From Thermodesulfobacteriota bacterium (GTDB lineage Bacteria > Desulfobacterota_D > UBA1144 > Nemesobacterales > UBA2774), in assembly GCA_965216785.1 (NCBI GenBank), contig OZ244197.1:2752001-2816000 (forward strand): DNA of 64,000 bases, in the 5' to 3' direction. The notes beneath the pieces are model-generated. The model was given only the letters and a program-made list of their open reading frames with translations, made no database searches and was not told the origin of the DNA. Below, in pieces: positions 1-10,221 of the stretch (position 1 is the stretch's first letter; each line of letters opens with the position of its first letter). The translations under genes were made by a program, and so were the position numbers.

Positions 1-2
1 CT

Positions 3-1172
3 CAGTTTTCTAAAAATTACGGCGCGATAATTATTACAGGACAAAACGTAGCGATTCCGGAAACATTAAGAACTATTACAGCCGTATTCAAAATGCCTGA
101 GCCCGATGCCGAGGAGTACAGAGAGCTACTCGGGCATGTGGTAAGGGACCTCTACTCAAGGGTCAGTGTTGACGTCACGCTGACTGAAGAGGATACGAAC
201 AGGCTTCTTAATAATATTAAAGGACTTACGCTTACAGAGGCCGAGAAGGTAATAACAAAGATCGTTATAGAGGATGGAAAGCTATCTTCAGAGGACATAA
301 GAGGGGTGATAGAGGCGAAAAAGGATATTGTGGAGCGGGACGGCGTGCTCGAATACTACCCGGTGGAAGAGAGTATGGCGGATATAGCCGATCTTAAGGG
401 ACTTAAGTCCTGGTTAGCCAAAAGAAAGGAAATCATAGTGAATCCTGAAAAGGCAGAGGAGTTCGGCCTCAGCTTTCCGAAAGGGGTGCTCCTTCTCGGA
501 GTACCGGGGTGCGGAAAGAGCCTCTGCGCAAAAGCTGTCGCCACAGAGTGGGGACTGCCGCTACTTAAGCTCGACCCTTCGAATATCTATAATAAGTACA
601 TCGGAGAGACGGAAAAGAACTTTAAGCGGGCTATGGATACAGCAGAGAAAATGTCACCCGTGATACTTTGGGTAGATGAGATAGAAAAAGCGTTTTCATC
701 CGCCGGCGGAGACACAGAAGACGGCGGAGTATCGAGGAGGATATTCGGCACATTCCTCTCATGGCTCCAGGACAGAAAGGGCGACGTGTTTATCGTGGCA
801 ACAGCAAATGACGTGACAAAGCTGCCCCCTGAGTTTTTAAGAAAGGGACGATTTGATGAAATTTTCTTTGTAGATTTACCTGACCAAGAGACTAGGACAG
901 CAATATTCGGTATTCACCTGGAAAAACGGGGTAAAAACCCGTGCAACTTCGATATTGAGAACCTTGCGCGCGCAACAGAGGGGTTTAGCGGGTCCGAAAT
1001 AGAGCAGGTGATTGTGGCGGGGCTGTATACGGCTTTTTCGGCGGATAAAAAACTGGATACAGAAATACTTTTAGAGGAAATAGAAAGCACCAGCCCGATA
1101 TCACGAACAATGGCCGAGAAAATCGCGGCCTTAAGAGTATGGGCGCAGCAAAGAACCGTCTGTGCCAATTAA
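3..1172 (+). CDS. AAA+ ATPase, Ycf46-like (5'-truncated by window edge)
   Basis: Walker A GVPGCGKS, Walker B ILWVDEIEK, second region of homology LPPEFLRKGRFDEIFFVDLP. The frame is open from nt 3, upstream of the ATG at 93, so the true start lies outside the window. Confidence 0.85.
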   Translation, partial: QFSKNYGAIIITGQNVAIPETLRTITAVFKMPEPDAEEYRELLGHVVRDLYSRVSVDVTLTEEDTNRLLNNIKGLTLTEAEKVITKIVIEDGKLSSEDIRGVIEAKKDIVERDGVLEYYPVEESMADIADLKGLKSWLAKRKEIIVNPEKAEEFGLSFPKGVLLLGVPGCGKSLCAKAVATEWGLPLLKLDPSNIYNKYIGETEKNFKRAMDTAEKMSPVILWVDEIEKAFSSAGGDTEDGGVSRRIFGTFLSWLQDRKGDVFIVATANDVTKLPPEFLRKGRFDEIFFVDLPDQETRTAIFGIHLEKRGKNPCNFDIENLARATEGFSGSEIEQVIVAGLYTAFSADKKLDTEILLEEIESTSPISRTMAEKIAALRVWAQQRTVCAN

Positions 1173-1184
1173 CTCCCGAGCTAC

Positions 1185-1739
1185 TTAACCAGCCTGTGCG
1201 GGCTCTTTAACGGCAAATGAAAACATTATCATAGAAAAGCCGTTAATGAGGAAATAAATTCCCACCAAAAGCCCGAGTATATATACGCTTGAGGACGGGA
1301 ACTCGGCATAGATAAGTACACCTAAAATAAGTGAAGCGAGACCGCTTATAAGGAGCCAGCCCCAATTGGGTGCGGGCTTCATCTGAAAGGCGTTTATGAT
1401 CTTAAAAACGCCCTCGACGAATAAGAACGCAGCCAGAAGCAAGGTGAGAGTAATGACGCCGGAGACGGGGTGTTTAAGGAGTAGGTAACCGACAACGAGA
1501 TATAAGATTCCGCTTATTAGTATTAATAGGAACCTCTTCCAGTCGCCCGAGAAGAAGGAGCCGATAACGGAAATCACTCCGCCGGCAAGTAAAATGACCC
1601 CTATTACAAGGTTGACCGCATAGGTGGAAACCACAGGGTGGCCTATGGCTATGAAACCGGCTATTACATAGACAATGCCCATAATAAATAGCCACCACCA
1701 ATTTTGTCTTAGACCTTCTGCTACACTGGTTCCGCTCAT
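1185..1739 (-). CDS. HdeD/DUF308 family membrane protein
   Basis: NWWWLF start, two internal ~90-aa hydrophobic repeats, WGWLLISG motif; AGGAG SD upstream. Confidence 0.85.
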   Translation of the reverse strand: MSGTSVAEGLRQNWWWLFIMGIVYVIAGFIAIGHPVVSTYAVNLVIGVILLAGGVISVIGSFFSGDWKRFLLILISGILYLVVGYLLLKHPVSGVITLTLLLAAFLFVEGVFKIINAFQMKPAPNWGWLLISGLASLILGVLIYAEFPSSSVYILGLLVGIYFLINGFSMIMFSFAVKEPAQAG

Positions 1740-1815
1740 TTTTCCATCTCCTCCTTAGTTTTTGATCATCCGAGATCAATAGTATCTCAGAATGATTATT
1801 TTACAAGGTACAGAC

Positions 1816-2415
1816 CTAGATGAATTGATAAGGGTGAGGCCCTGATTTGTGAGAGATGTAGGATATTACAAGGGAGGAGAGGACTGCCGAGAGGGCGTAG
1901 CAGTAGATGCCGGTTTCCGCTGAAAATTTGAAATTAAACCCCTTTGCTTTGAACATCACAATGATCACAGCGACTATGAAGACATCTGCCATAGACCATT
2001 TTGAAACGAGGCCGATTGCTTTAAACAGGCCGTTATTGGCCCCGGTGCGCTGCTTAAAGCTCCGAGAGATATAGATAGCGGATAGAACGATCTTTAGCAC
2101 CGGAAACACTACAGAGAAAAGAAAGATTATGATCCCGAGGAAAATCGAGCCGTCCTGAAAAAGCGACTTTATTATACCTAGGAGATACTGATCGCCTGTG
2201 GGTATCTTGCCTTTCTTAACAATCCAGTCCCTGAGCTCTCCGTGAAGACCAAACCAATTGGGTATCCAGTCCGGCAACTCAAGACGGAAGGTGGAGTGTA
2301 TAAAGGGAAAATAGAATGCCCCGATAAGCAGAAGCGCCGAGAGTACCAGAGCCAGTATTGAGATAGCGTTTACGTACTTAAATCCCCTTAGTGTATTCCA
2401 GTATTTAGTTAGCAT
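1816..2415 (-). CDS. Paraquat-inducible protein A (PqiA)-domain membrane protein
   Basis: IFLFSVVFPVLK and KWSMADVFIVA motifs typical of the PqiA domain. Confidence 0.75.
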   Translation of the reverse strand: MLTKYWNTLRGFKYVNAISILALVLSALLLIGAFYFPFIHSTFRLELPDWIPNWFGLHGELRDWIVKKGKIPTGDQYLLGIIKSLFQDGSIFLGIIIFLFSVVFPVLKIVLSAIYISRSFKQRTGANNGLFKAIGLVSKWSMADVFIVAVIIVMFKAKGFNFKFSAETGIYCYALSAVLSSLVISYISHKSGPHPYQFI

Positions 2416-2444
2416 GAGAGTTGTATCCGGTTTTGGGCAGCGAG

Positions 2445-3908
2445 TTACCCCTCTACACCGAAAATGGAGCGCACCTCCGGGATATCTTCAATTTCCGCGA
2501 GGACCAAAAGTTTATCTCCTTCCTTTAGTACCGTGCCCCCTCTGGGAACAAGAGAGGTCTCGCCCCTTTCAATAAGCATTATGAGCGCGCTCTTTGGGAG
2601 TGATAGCTCGACAATCTGTTTCCCGAGAGCGCTTGAAGCCGGGGGAAGAGTAAATTCTATCTTATCGCTGTGATCGTCGTAAGGGAACTCAAACTCCACC
2701 TGTTTCATGTGATCTTCAACATCAGGCGCATCGAGACCGAGCCATTGGGCAACAAGCGGAATTGTGGTGCCTTGAAGAAGCACTGACGTAATGACAATAA
2801 AGAAAACAAGATTGAAAATTAGATCGGCATTAGGGACACCCGCGAGTAAGGGGAAAGTGGCGAGGATAATAGGCACTGCCCCCCTGAGGCCAACCCAGGA
2901 TATAAATATCTTCTCGTTTAATTTTGTCTTGCCAAAGGGAAGAGACAGAAATACCCCGAGGGGGCGAGCTATGAAGATTAAAAATATGGAAGTCACGATA
3001 CCGCCGAATATTACAGGAACGAGCTTTGATGGAAACACGAGAAGTCCGAGTATCAGGAACATGGTGATCTGTAGAAGCCACGCAAGGCCGTCATGAAATC
3101 GGGTGAGGCTCTTTTTATTTACAAACTCGCTCCCGCCCATGATAAGACCCGCGATGTAAACGGCAAGGAATCCGCTGCCGCCTATGGCGGCTGTCGCGCC
3201 GTACGTAAAAAGGACAAGTGAAAGCGTGAGCACGGGGTAAAGCCCCTCATAGTCGAGTCTCAGCCGGTTGACTATGAAAATGATGGCTCTGCCCATCCCG
3301 TAACCGATAAGAAGCCCTAAGGCCATTTGCAGGATAAGGAGGTAGAGCATACTCCAGTATGAGGCCGCGGGGTTAGTGATGAGGTGTACGAAACCCAGGG
3401 TAAGGATTACGGCCATCGGGTCATTACTGGCGGACTCGAATTCGAGAAGATCTTTTAAATTTCCTTTGAGCTTGGTGCCGCTTGAGCTCATTACAGAGAA
3501 AACCGCCGCGGCGTCTGTGGAGGAAACGATTGCTCCAAGCAAAAGCCCGGTGAGTAGGGAAAAGCCTAATATTATATGAGCGAACAGGCCGACGAGGATT
3601 GCTGTCAGGAATACGCCTATGGTCGAAAGCGACACACCGGGTTTGAGCACGGGAGCGACTCTATTCCAGCTTGAATGCAGTCCACCGGAAAAAATTATGA
3701 AGGCAAGAGCGAGCACACCGAGAAGCTGAGCCGACCAGGGGTCTTCGAATTCGATACCGCCCGGGCCTTCTGAGCCCGCAAACATACCCACCAAAAGAAA
3801 TATGAGAAGAGCCGGCACTCTTAACCGAGAGGCGGCTTTACCCGCAAATATACTTACCAAAAGCAGTACCGAAGCGCCGAAAATAATATATTCGATCGAA
3901 TAGATCAA
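2445..3908 (-). CDS. cvrA: Potassium/proton antiporter (CPA1, NhaP2/CvrA family) with C-terminal TrkA-C domain
   Basis: SSTDAAAVF, LEFESASNDPMA, WVGLRGAVPIILA motifs; C-terminal VPRGGTVLKEGD. Confidence 0.88.
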   Translation of the reverse strand: MIYSIEYIIFGASVLLLVSIFAGKAASRLRVPALLIFLLVGMFAGSEGPGGIEFEDPWSAQLLGVLALAFIIFSGGLHSSWNRVAPVLKPGVSLSTIGVFLTAILVGLFAHIILGFSLLTGLLLGAIVSSTDAAAVFSVMSSSGTKLKGNLKDLLEFESASNDPMAVILTLGFVHLITNPAASYWSMLYLLILQMALGLLIGYGMGRAIIFIVNRLRLDYEGLYPVLTLSLVLFTYGATAAIGGSGFLAVYIAGLIMGGSEFVNKKSLTRFHDGLAWLLQITMFLILGLLVFPSKLVPVIFGGIVTSIFLIFIARPLGVFLSLPFGKTKLNEKIFISWVGLRGAVPIILATFPLLAGVPNADLIFNLVFFIVITSVLLQGTTIPLVAQWLGLDAPDVEDHMKQVEFEFPYDDHSDKIEFTLPPASSALGKQIVELSLPKSALIMLIERGETSLVPRGGTVLKEGDKLLVLAEIEDIPEVRSIFGVEG

Positions 3909-4075
3909 CTAATTGCTTTCTCCAGACACAATATTCTCATGATAAGACTTCAGGCTACAAGATAAATGTTATTCTAGAGTAATTCTACTAAAATTGAGTA
4001 TTATTGATTCTCAAGGTCCTTATTGATATATTATGTGCTAGTAAATTTTTATTCATAATGAGAACCATGTAAACG

Positions 4076-5251
4076 ATGAAAATATTCTTAATAACTTTAT
4101 TTGTCCTTGTAGGGATTTGGGCGCTAACATCTTGTAGTACTGAGGAAGAAAGTACTATACCAAAAGCAGGTATTCAAGAAGTATCTGTAGACCCTGAGAG
4201 TAATGAGAGGGAAGTAACTTTCCTATCGGATGTTTATGAGATAAAAGATATTTACCGCTCTATGACGGGCCCTTCCACAATGACCGAGATAAAGCTATTG
4301 GAGGGTGAAGAGCCCGAGCTGATATGGATTACCGGCTTTAGCGCTCAGATGGTTGAGCCCGACGGTAAAACATTAATGTCTCAGGAATTTATGTGCCACA
4401 CAAATCTGGATATTGACGCTAAGACCCATAGATATCTGTTCCAATCGAAAAGAAATCCTCCGATAGACAGAATATTCACACTATCTCAAGGGCAGTACGA
4501 AGTCGAGTTCCCAAAAGGCTTCGCAATACCGATACTTTCGCCCGAAGCGCTTAAGCTTACAACACAGGTTCTTAATTTGAACGATGAGAATCCAGACATT
4601 AAGACCCGTCACAGAATAAAGATAAAGTACGTTCGTGATTCCGATCTGCAAAAACCGATGATACCGCTCATGAGAATTTCCTCAAACAGCTTAAAACGAC
4701 TGGATGAATCTGAGAACGGATATTTTAATCTGGTATCTGCAAATGAAGAGCTGCACGGAGAGGGATGCTTACTGGGAGAAAGCGCAGGTAAGAATATCAT
4801 TACAGACAGCCTTGAGAGAAGGTACACCGCGCACTGGATTGTAAAGCCGGGACGCGAAGTTAACACTACGCTTATTACGGAAATGCTGAAAGTACCATAC
4901 GACACAAAAATCCATTACATCGCGGTTCATCTGCATCCTTTCGCAGAATCACTCGAGCTAAAAGACTTAACCACAGGGGAGACGGTATTTAAAAGCAACG
5001 CTAAGAACTCAGAGGACAAGATCGGGCTTGACAATGTGGAATATTATTCAAGCTCAGAAGGTTTGCCGATATATAAAGGATACGAATACCAGCTAATAAG
5101 CAGCTACAATAACACTACAGACGAAGATCATGATTCCATGGCGGTAATTTATATGTACGCGCAGGACCGCGAATTCCGCAGGCCTAACCCTTCGGTAGCG
5201 AATATTCTTCAAGTGAGGCCGTCTTCAAATAAGTCTGAAGGCGGGATGTAG
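4076..5251 (+). CDS. Lipoprotein with PHM/PNGase F-like (copper monooxygenase-like) fold
   Basis: Lipobox LTSC; C-terminal HYIAVHLHP...YNNT...DSM resembles the CuM site of type II copper monooxygenases. Confidence 0.5.
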   Translation: MKIFLITLFVLVGIWALTSCSTEEESTIPKAGIQEVSVDPESNEREVTFLSDVYEIKDIYRSMTGPSTMTEIKLLEGEEPELIWITGFSAQMVEPDGKTLMSQEFMCHTNLDIDAKTHRYLFQSKRNPPIDRIFTLSQGQYEVEFPKGFAIPILSPEALKLTTQVLNLNDENPDIKTRHRIKIKYVRDSDLQKPMIPLMRISSNSLKRLDESENGYFNLVSANEELHGEGCLLGESAGKNIITDSLERRYTAHWIVKPGREVNTTLITEMLKVPYDTKIHYIAVHLHPFAESLELKDLTTGETVFKSNAKNSEDKIGLDNVEYYSSSEGLPIYKGYEYQLISSYNNTTDEDHDSMAVIYMYAQDREFRRPNPSVANILQVRPSSNKSEGGM

Positions 5252-5316
5252 CACAACCGTCAGTCCCTTCCAAGAGAGTATTATTAAACCGTAATTATTT
5301 ATAAGAACAGCCCTAA

Positions 5317-6612
5317 TTAGATTTCAGGGAACTCGACTATTCTTAGATCGAGGGGTAAATCTTCACTGTGCTGTCCGGGGATATTTACCGGCAGGACGTT
5401 AATGGGGGTTCCTTCGATAAGACCAGTCTCTTCGTCAATAAACGGAGTATTATCCTCAAGACCATCATCAAAGAACGATTCCTCTGTGGTACGGCCAGTG
5501 AGCACGTATTCGCTGAACGTATAGGGGAGTCCGTTCGATCCGAGACTCGAGGCCGTCTCCATCACGTGTATGTGCAAGTGAGGGGCGCCTGTATTGCCTG
5601 TATTTCCAAGGAGCGCTATTACGTCGCCCCTGCTTACGAAATCGCCTTCTTTTACTGTAACACTCCCCGGTTTTAAATGCGCGTAGAATACGAACTGACC
5701 GTTTGGAAGAGCCAGAATAACGTGGTTCCCGTCAATCTCCTCAAGTGTGATAGTGCCTTGCTCCGCGGGAAGGATAAACGGAACCTGATCCTCGAACCTG
5801 TCCACAACCCTAACCACTTGGGCGTCCGCAACGGCAAGAATGTTTTGGTTGTAGCCAAACCAGTTGTCCAGAACCTGAGGGTCCCCTTCGTAGAGTCGGT
5901 TGTCCTCATTTACTTTAAGCCAGTCGATCGCGAACCTTTGTGAGATAAATATCTCACCGTTAAGCGGAAGGGACGATCTGACGTGCGTTATGGAATCGCA
6001 GCAGCCGTTTGCCGCCACCCATCCCGAGCCTTCGAGCGGAGGGCCGAGAACTACGGCCATATCGCCGCTTATTTTAGATGGAGCGCCGAGCTCAGTAATG
6101 CTCTCCTGTCCCTCGGGAAGCTCCAGAAATTCAATAATGCTGTCAGGCAGCCCTCCCGGAACGGTTATCGTCAGTCTGTGAATAATTGAGTCGGGTATAT
6201 CCTCTTTATTCTCAAAAGCGTAAGTCAGATGAACGAGTGCCCCCTCAGCAGGCTGGAGAGTATCTGTAGGCTGCCGGGTACCAAAGAGGTTCATCTTGTC
6301 CTGAACCTCTTCCCCTGAAACCGTATGCAGAACGGAGCCGTCCGGACCTCCCCCCAGAGCTTCAACTTTTAAAATCTGCCAGGGCAAAAAATTAAAATTG
6401 TTTAAAGAAAGCTCGTAGACTATATGATAAAGACCGTCAGAACCCTTCACAGGAACGGGAGCGTCAAGAACCAAAAGCACGACGGGGGTAAACAAGTTTT
6501 CTCCCCTATCTATAAATTTATCACCGCCGTTACTCTCGTTACAGCCGCCGTAAGACATAAAAGCAGCCGGTATTAATAGTGCCAGCAGTGTTAATTTCTT
6601 GATGTAAGCCAT
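5317..6612 (-). CDS. M23 family metallopeptidase lipoprotein
   Basis: Lipobox YGGC; YAHLKPGS, GNTGNTGAPHLHIH, QRFAIDW motifs. Confidence 0.85.
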   Translation of the reverse strand: MAYIKKLTLLALLIPAAFMSYGGCNESNGGDKFIDRGENLFTPVVLLVLDAPVPVKGSDGLYHIVYELSLNNFNFLPWQILKVEALGGGPDGSVLHTVSGEEVQDKMNLFGTRQPTDTLQPAEGALVHLTYAFENKEDIPDSIIHRLTITVPGGLPDSIIEFLELPEGQESITELGAPSKISGDMAVVLGPPLEGSGWVAANGCCDSITHVRSSLPLNGEIFISQRFAIDWLKVNEDNRLYEGDPQVLDNWFGYNQNILAVADAQVVRVVDRFEDQVPFILPAEQGTITLEEIDGNHVILALPNGQFVFYAHLKPGSVTVKEGDFVSRGDVIALLGNTGNTGAPHLHIHVMETASSLGSNGLPYTFSEYVLTGRTTEESFFDDGLEDNTPFIDEETGLIEGTPINVLPVNIPGQHSEDLPLDLRIVEFPEI

Positions 6613-6644
6613 AATATAAATCCCTCCGTTTTATTCTGCGAATT

Positions 6645-8282
6645 CTAATTTTCTTTCCAAATGATAGCTGTGATCGTGCCCTGGTCCTGGAAAATTTGAA
6701 GAAGGTCCGGGATACCGTTTGGCGCGGGTACGTCCAGAACGTTCATGATAAACAAGAGCCTTTTACCGCCCTTGGTATCGATATAACCTGCCAGCGCCTG
6801 TCCTTTTACTATAATCTCTCCGTTTTCCGGCCTGGCGAAAGTGCCGGTCTTGGCAAAGGCGTTGCCCTTGGCTCCTGCGAGCTCGGGGTCTTTTTCGAAG
6901 TCGGTCACGAACCCTAGCGAGCCGTCAACGCCCAGTATCGGCAGCGCGTCAAGATACTCGGGAAAAACGGGAGAGATGCTCATCTCATCCAGTATTTTTA
7001 TAACCGCCTTATTGGTGCCTGTGGTCAGGCCGCCGCCGCTCCCGTCAACAAAGTGAAATTCATTACCAGGGATTCCGAACTGTGTTTCGAGCGTCTGCCT
7101 TTCGACAGCAAGGGAAGCGTCCATGTTATTCACTCCCTGTGTAAGCCCGTAAAGAACAAGGCTCGTATCGGCCCCAATGTTATAGCTCACTTTTAGTATG
7201 AGTTTTATGTATTCGGAATAAGGAAGTGATACAAGCTCCGCTACTCGGGTACCGGGAGTATAGGAGTTTTGAGCAGGGAGCAGATTAACCGGGTTCTGGG
7301 CAACAGGTGCCGCGTGTACGGTTACTCCCGCCTCCTCTAGTGCTTCGATAAAGACTGTCCTGGCATAGTTGTCGGGCCTCACGATCCTAAACGTTTGAAC
7401 CAGTGGAAACTCGTTTGTCAAATCCGGTACAAAATCAATCGGGAGCACACCGCTCACTTCACCCATACAGCCTTCCTGCCCGAAACACTCTGGGAACTCA
7501 GGGGATAGCTCAAACGTGGGCTCTGATCCGGCGGCGCCTGTAACCAATGTAGATTCAACGTCAAAAGCGGCAGACTCGGGCCTATGTACTACAGAGGCAA
7601 GCTCACCCGGGCCGGCCGGGTTCATGGTTACGTCAACTAAGTCGTCGTTAACGTATATCGGCCTTACATTAAAAGGCTCATCCCTGAACTTAAAAGGCTC
7701 GAAAAGGCGGTCGTCAATTATTATCTCGCCCGTAACCTCAGTTATGCCGCTGTCGGCAATTTGCTGAGCCAGTTCCCGGTAGCCCCATAGAGGATCCGGC
7801 TCTGTAAGTACTGCGTTTCCCAAGGAGTCTGCTTCGTTATGGTCAAAACCGGATATTGCCATCGTACCGTCCGGGTTCCTGCGTCCACCCATTGTGAGGT
7901 CACCGGTTGCGACAAGAATAAGGTCTCCTTCGAGTATTCCGGACTCATCCACGCTGCCTTGTCTATGGACAGGAGTTCTGAACATATGGTCCGCGCCCAG
8001 CTCTCCCATGCTGAGACCTGTGGAAAACAGCTTTCTGACAGAGCCTATAAAGAAATGGAAATCGGACCTGAGATTGTATATGACCCGGCCGGTGTCAAGA
8101 TCAACAACCCTGAGCCCCCAGATGGCGTTATCGTATAGAGGCTTATCGAATATGGCCTTTATTTCCTGAGGGATAGGCTCTCCTGTAGAGCTGTTTTTAT
8201 TGCAGCCGCCGGATGAGAATATTGATAAGGTTAGAACTAATAAGACTAGTACAAGACTAAACTTATATCTTATCATCTCCAT
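6645..8282 (-). CDS. dacB: D-Ala-D-Ala carboxypeptidase/endopeptidase (peptidase S13, PBP4-like)
   Basis: SxxK (SVRK), SxN (SYN), DGSG and KTGT motifs; lipobox SGGC. Confidence 0.85.
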   Translation of the reverse strand: MEMIRYKFSLVLVLLVLTLSIFSSGGCNKNSSTGEPIPQEIKAIFDKPLYDNAIWGLRVVDLDTGRVIYNLRSDFHFFIGSVRKLFSTGLSMGELGADHMFRTPVHRQGSVDESGILEGDLILVATGDLTMGGRRNPDGTMAISGFDHNEADSLGNAVLTEPDPLWGYRELAQQIADSGITEVTGEIIIDDRLFEPFKFRDEPFNVRPIYVNDDLVDVTMNPAGPGELASVVHRPESAAFDVESTLVTGAAGSEPTFELSPEFPECFGQEGCMGEVSGVLPIDFVPDLTNEFPLVQTFRIVRPDNYARTVFIEALEEAGVTVHAAPVAQNPVNLLPAQNSYTPGTRVAELVSLPYSEYIKLILKVSYNIGADTSLVLYGLTQGVNNMDASLAVERQTLETQFGIPGNEFHFVDGSGGGLTTGTNKAVIKILDEMSISPVFPEYLDALPILGVDGSLGFVTDFEKDPELAGAKGNAFAKTGTFARPENGEIIVKGQALAGYIDTKGGKRLLFIMNVLDVPAPNGIPDLLQIFQDQGTITAIIWKEN

Positions 8283-8400
8283 TTCTCCTTTTTAATCATG
8301 TGTGAATTTAGTACTCCAGAAGTAACCCATATTATATAAAACTATAGCTGTTTTTTTTGTGGAAACGGAAATCAGGAATAACTTTTAGACACTTATAGAT

Positions 8401-8766
8401 TTATTCCTTCATTAATTTTCGCAGCTCTGAGGCGTCGAATACGAGCTTTATCTCTTTTATTTTGCCCTCGACCACTTTAAAGTACTCGACTGTTCTTATA
8501 GTCCCGGCAGGGGAGTCTGTAACGCAGTCATACATAAGTATGGCTTCGTTTTCGTCAAAGAATGTACTTATGGTAACAACAGACTTGAGAATATTTAAAA
8601 ATACTGAAATCGCGCTGATGAGGGAATCGGCGTCGTTAAAATTATCTATGCTGCCGCGGAACTCAAGATCATCCGCCAGGTATGACCTGGCGGTTTCAAG
8701 GTCCCCCGAAACCCAAGCATTTGAATAACCCTCGACTATTTTCCGGGTCGTTTCCTTATCGCTCAT
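8401..8766 (-). CDS. SnoaL/NTF2-like protein
   Basis: 121 aa; AWVSGD...LADDLEF and terminal VEGKIKEI pattern; GGAGG SD. Confidence 0.75.
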   Translation of the reverse strand: MSDKETTRKIVEGYSNAWVSGDLETARSYLADDLEFRGSIDNFNDADSLISAISVFLNILKSVVTISTFFDENEAILMYDCVTDSPAGTIRTVEYFKVVEGKIKEIKLVFDASELRKLMKE

Positions 8767-8857
8767 AATACTGCCTCCCTACTGATTGAAAGAACTATTA
8801 TATATTCATGAGAGACAATATAAAAATCCTGAAACGACCCGAATACGCTTTTGAGCA

Positions 8858-9406
8858 TTACTGCGCGCGCGTGAGAGTAATGGTGGTAGGATCTTTTTTC
8901 GCTTCGCCCCCCATATAGGGAGTCCATTCCTGGACAATGGTGTTGTCGTCTTTAATTGTTAGCTTAAGCGAGTGCATATGCATATCCTTTGAGGCGTCCA
9001 TATTTGAGCCGCCGATGAGATCGAACTCGAGTACGCCGCCGTTTGAACTTTTTAGCGCAAGCTCAGGCTGGTTCTTGAGCATGCAGTAGTGAGTCATCAC
9101 GATCTGTCCGTCTCTTTCGGAATAGAGGGTGATCATTTCCGCCGGAGTGCCCGGGAAAGACCGCTCTATGACGACACTGCCGCCGGCAGAGGTCTCGTAT
9201 ATTACAGTGACAGGCTCTTCCTTTCCGTGCATCACACCCGTTCCGCTCCATGTGCCGGCAAGCGACTTGATCTGCTCAAACTCCGCTGAGCCCGTGTAAG
9301 GCTTCATGTAATCGGGCATTTGCGCTTTTTCGTCCGCCGAGGTATATAAAGCCGCTGTAAAGATAAGAAATAAGGTTAACGAAGTAAATCTAATAAATGT
9401 TTTCAT
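8858..9406 (-). CDS. Exported hypothetical protein (probable beta-barrel)
   Basis: Signal peptide; LAGTW, EMITLY, MTHYC..KNQP motif; AGGAGG SD. Confidence 0.65.
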   Translation of the reverse strand: MKTFIRFTSLTLFLIFTAALYTSADEKAQMPDYMKPYTGSAEFEQIKSLAGTWSGTGVMHGKEEPVTVIYETSAGGSVVIERSFPGTPAEMITLYSERDGQIVMTHYCMLKNQPELALKSSNGGVLEFDLIGGSNMDASKDMHMHSLKLTIKDDNTIVQEWTPYMGGEAKKDPTTITLTRAQ

Positions 9407-9445
9407 AACACACCTCCTGTATTTTTCGATATTAACATATTCTAG

Positions 9446-9874
9446 TTAGATTTGAGCGCTTATGGTCGTACTCAAACGATTCAGGCAGCCGGTCCAGCCT
9501 TCCCTGTGGTTCTCCGCCATCTCGCCCTCGGGAAGGAGCTCGTGAGAGATAGTAACCTCGGTGCCTCTGCCGGATTTTGCCAGTGTTACAGTTACGAGCG
9601 TATTCTGAACAAAGTCAGAATTCCATGTGAAAACGAGCTTGTCGGGAGGGGAAATTTCTTTATACTCGCCGACGTGGATGTAAATGTCTCCGTTTTTAGC
9701 ATACATCTTAAGGGTATAGTCGCCCCCGACGACCGGGTTGTTTGTCACTTCCGCGTACATATCCTCCCCCGGGAAAAACCATTTGCTCATTATTTCTGCG
9801 TCGGTAAAGGCCTCGAACACCTCCTCAAGCGAGGCGCTTACAACCTTTTTTACAACTACTGTAGTATCGCTCAT
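9446..9874 (-). CDS. SRPBCC/AHSA1-like ligand-binding protein
   Basis: VFEAFTD..MSKWF, GEYKEISPPDKLVFTW, H.EGW motifs; 4-nt overlap with the ArsR gene. Confidence 0.88.
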   Translation of the reverse strand: MSDTTVVVKKVVSASLEEVFEAFTDAEIMSKWFFPGEDMYAEVTNNPVVGGDYTLKMYAKNGDIYIHVGEYKEISPPDKLVFTWNSDFVQNTLVTVTLAKSGRGTEVTISHELLPEGEMAENHREGWTGCLNRLSTTISAQI

Positions 9875-10221
9875 TTTTTCCTGTCCTCCTTAATCTTCTT
9901 CTTGTTAAAGTATTTCTCGAGCGCTTCGAGCCTTGCCTCCCAGAAAGCTCTGTAACGCTGAATGAGCTCGGAAACGTTTTCAAGCATCTCGTAGTTGAAG
10001 CTGCAGTGCTTTAGGCGCCCTTCACTCTTTTGGGTCACGAGCCCTGTGCGGACAAGTACCTGAATGTGCTTTGAAACACCTTGAACCGTCATATCGTACT
10101 TCTCGGCAAGCTCATTGACCGTGAGGTCTTTCTTGGCAAGCTCAAGCACAATTTGTCTGCGGGTGGAATTGGAAAGCGCGTGGAAAATTCCGTCTAACTC
10201 TTTCGATTTATTATCAACCAT
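9871..10221 (-). CDS. ArsR/SmtB family transcriptional repressor
   Basis: FHALSNSTRRQIV, VSKHIQVL, W..RLEALE motifs. Start reassigned to ATG 10221 from the promoter/operator layout. Confidence 0.88.
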   Translation of the reverse strand: MVDNKSKELDGIFHALSNSTRRQIVLELAKKDLTVNELAEKYDMTVQGVSKHIQVLVRTGLVTQKSEGRLKHCSFNYEMLENVSELIQRYRAFWEARLEALEKYFNKKKIKEDRKK

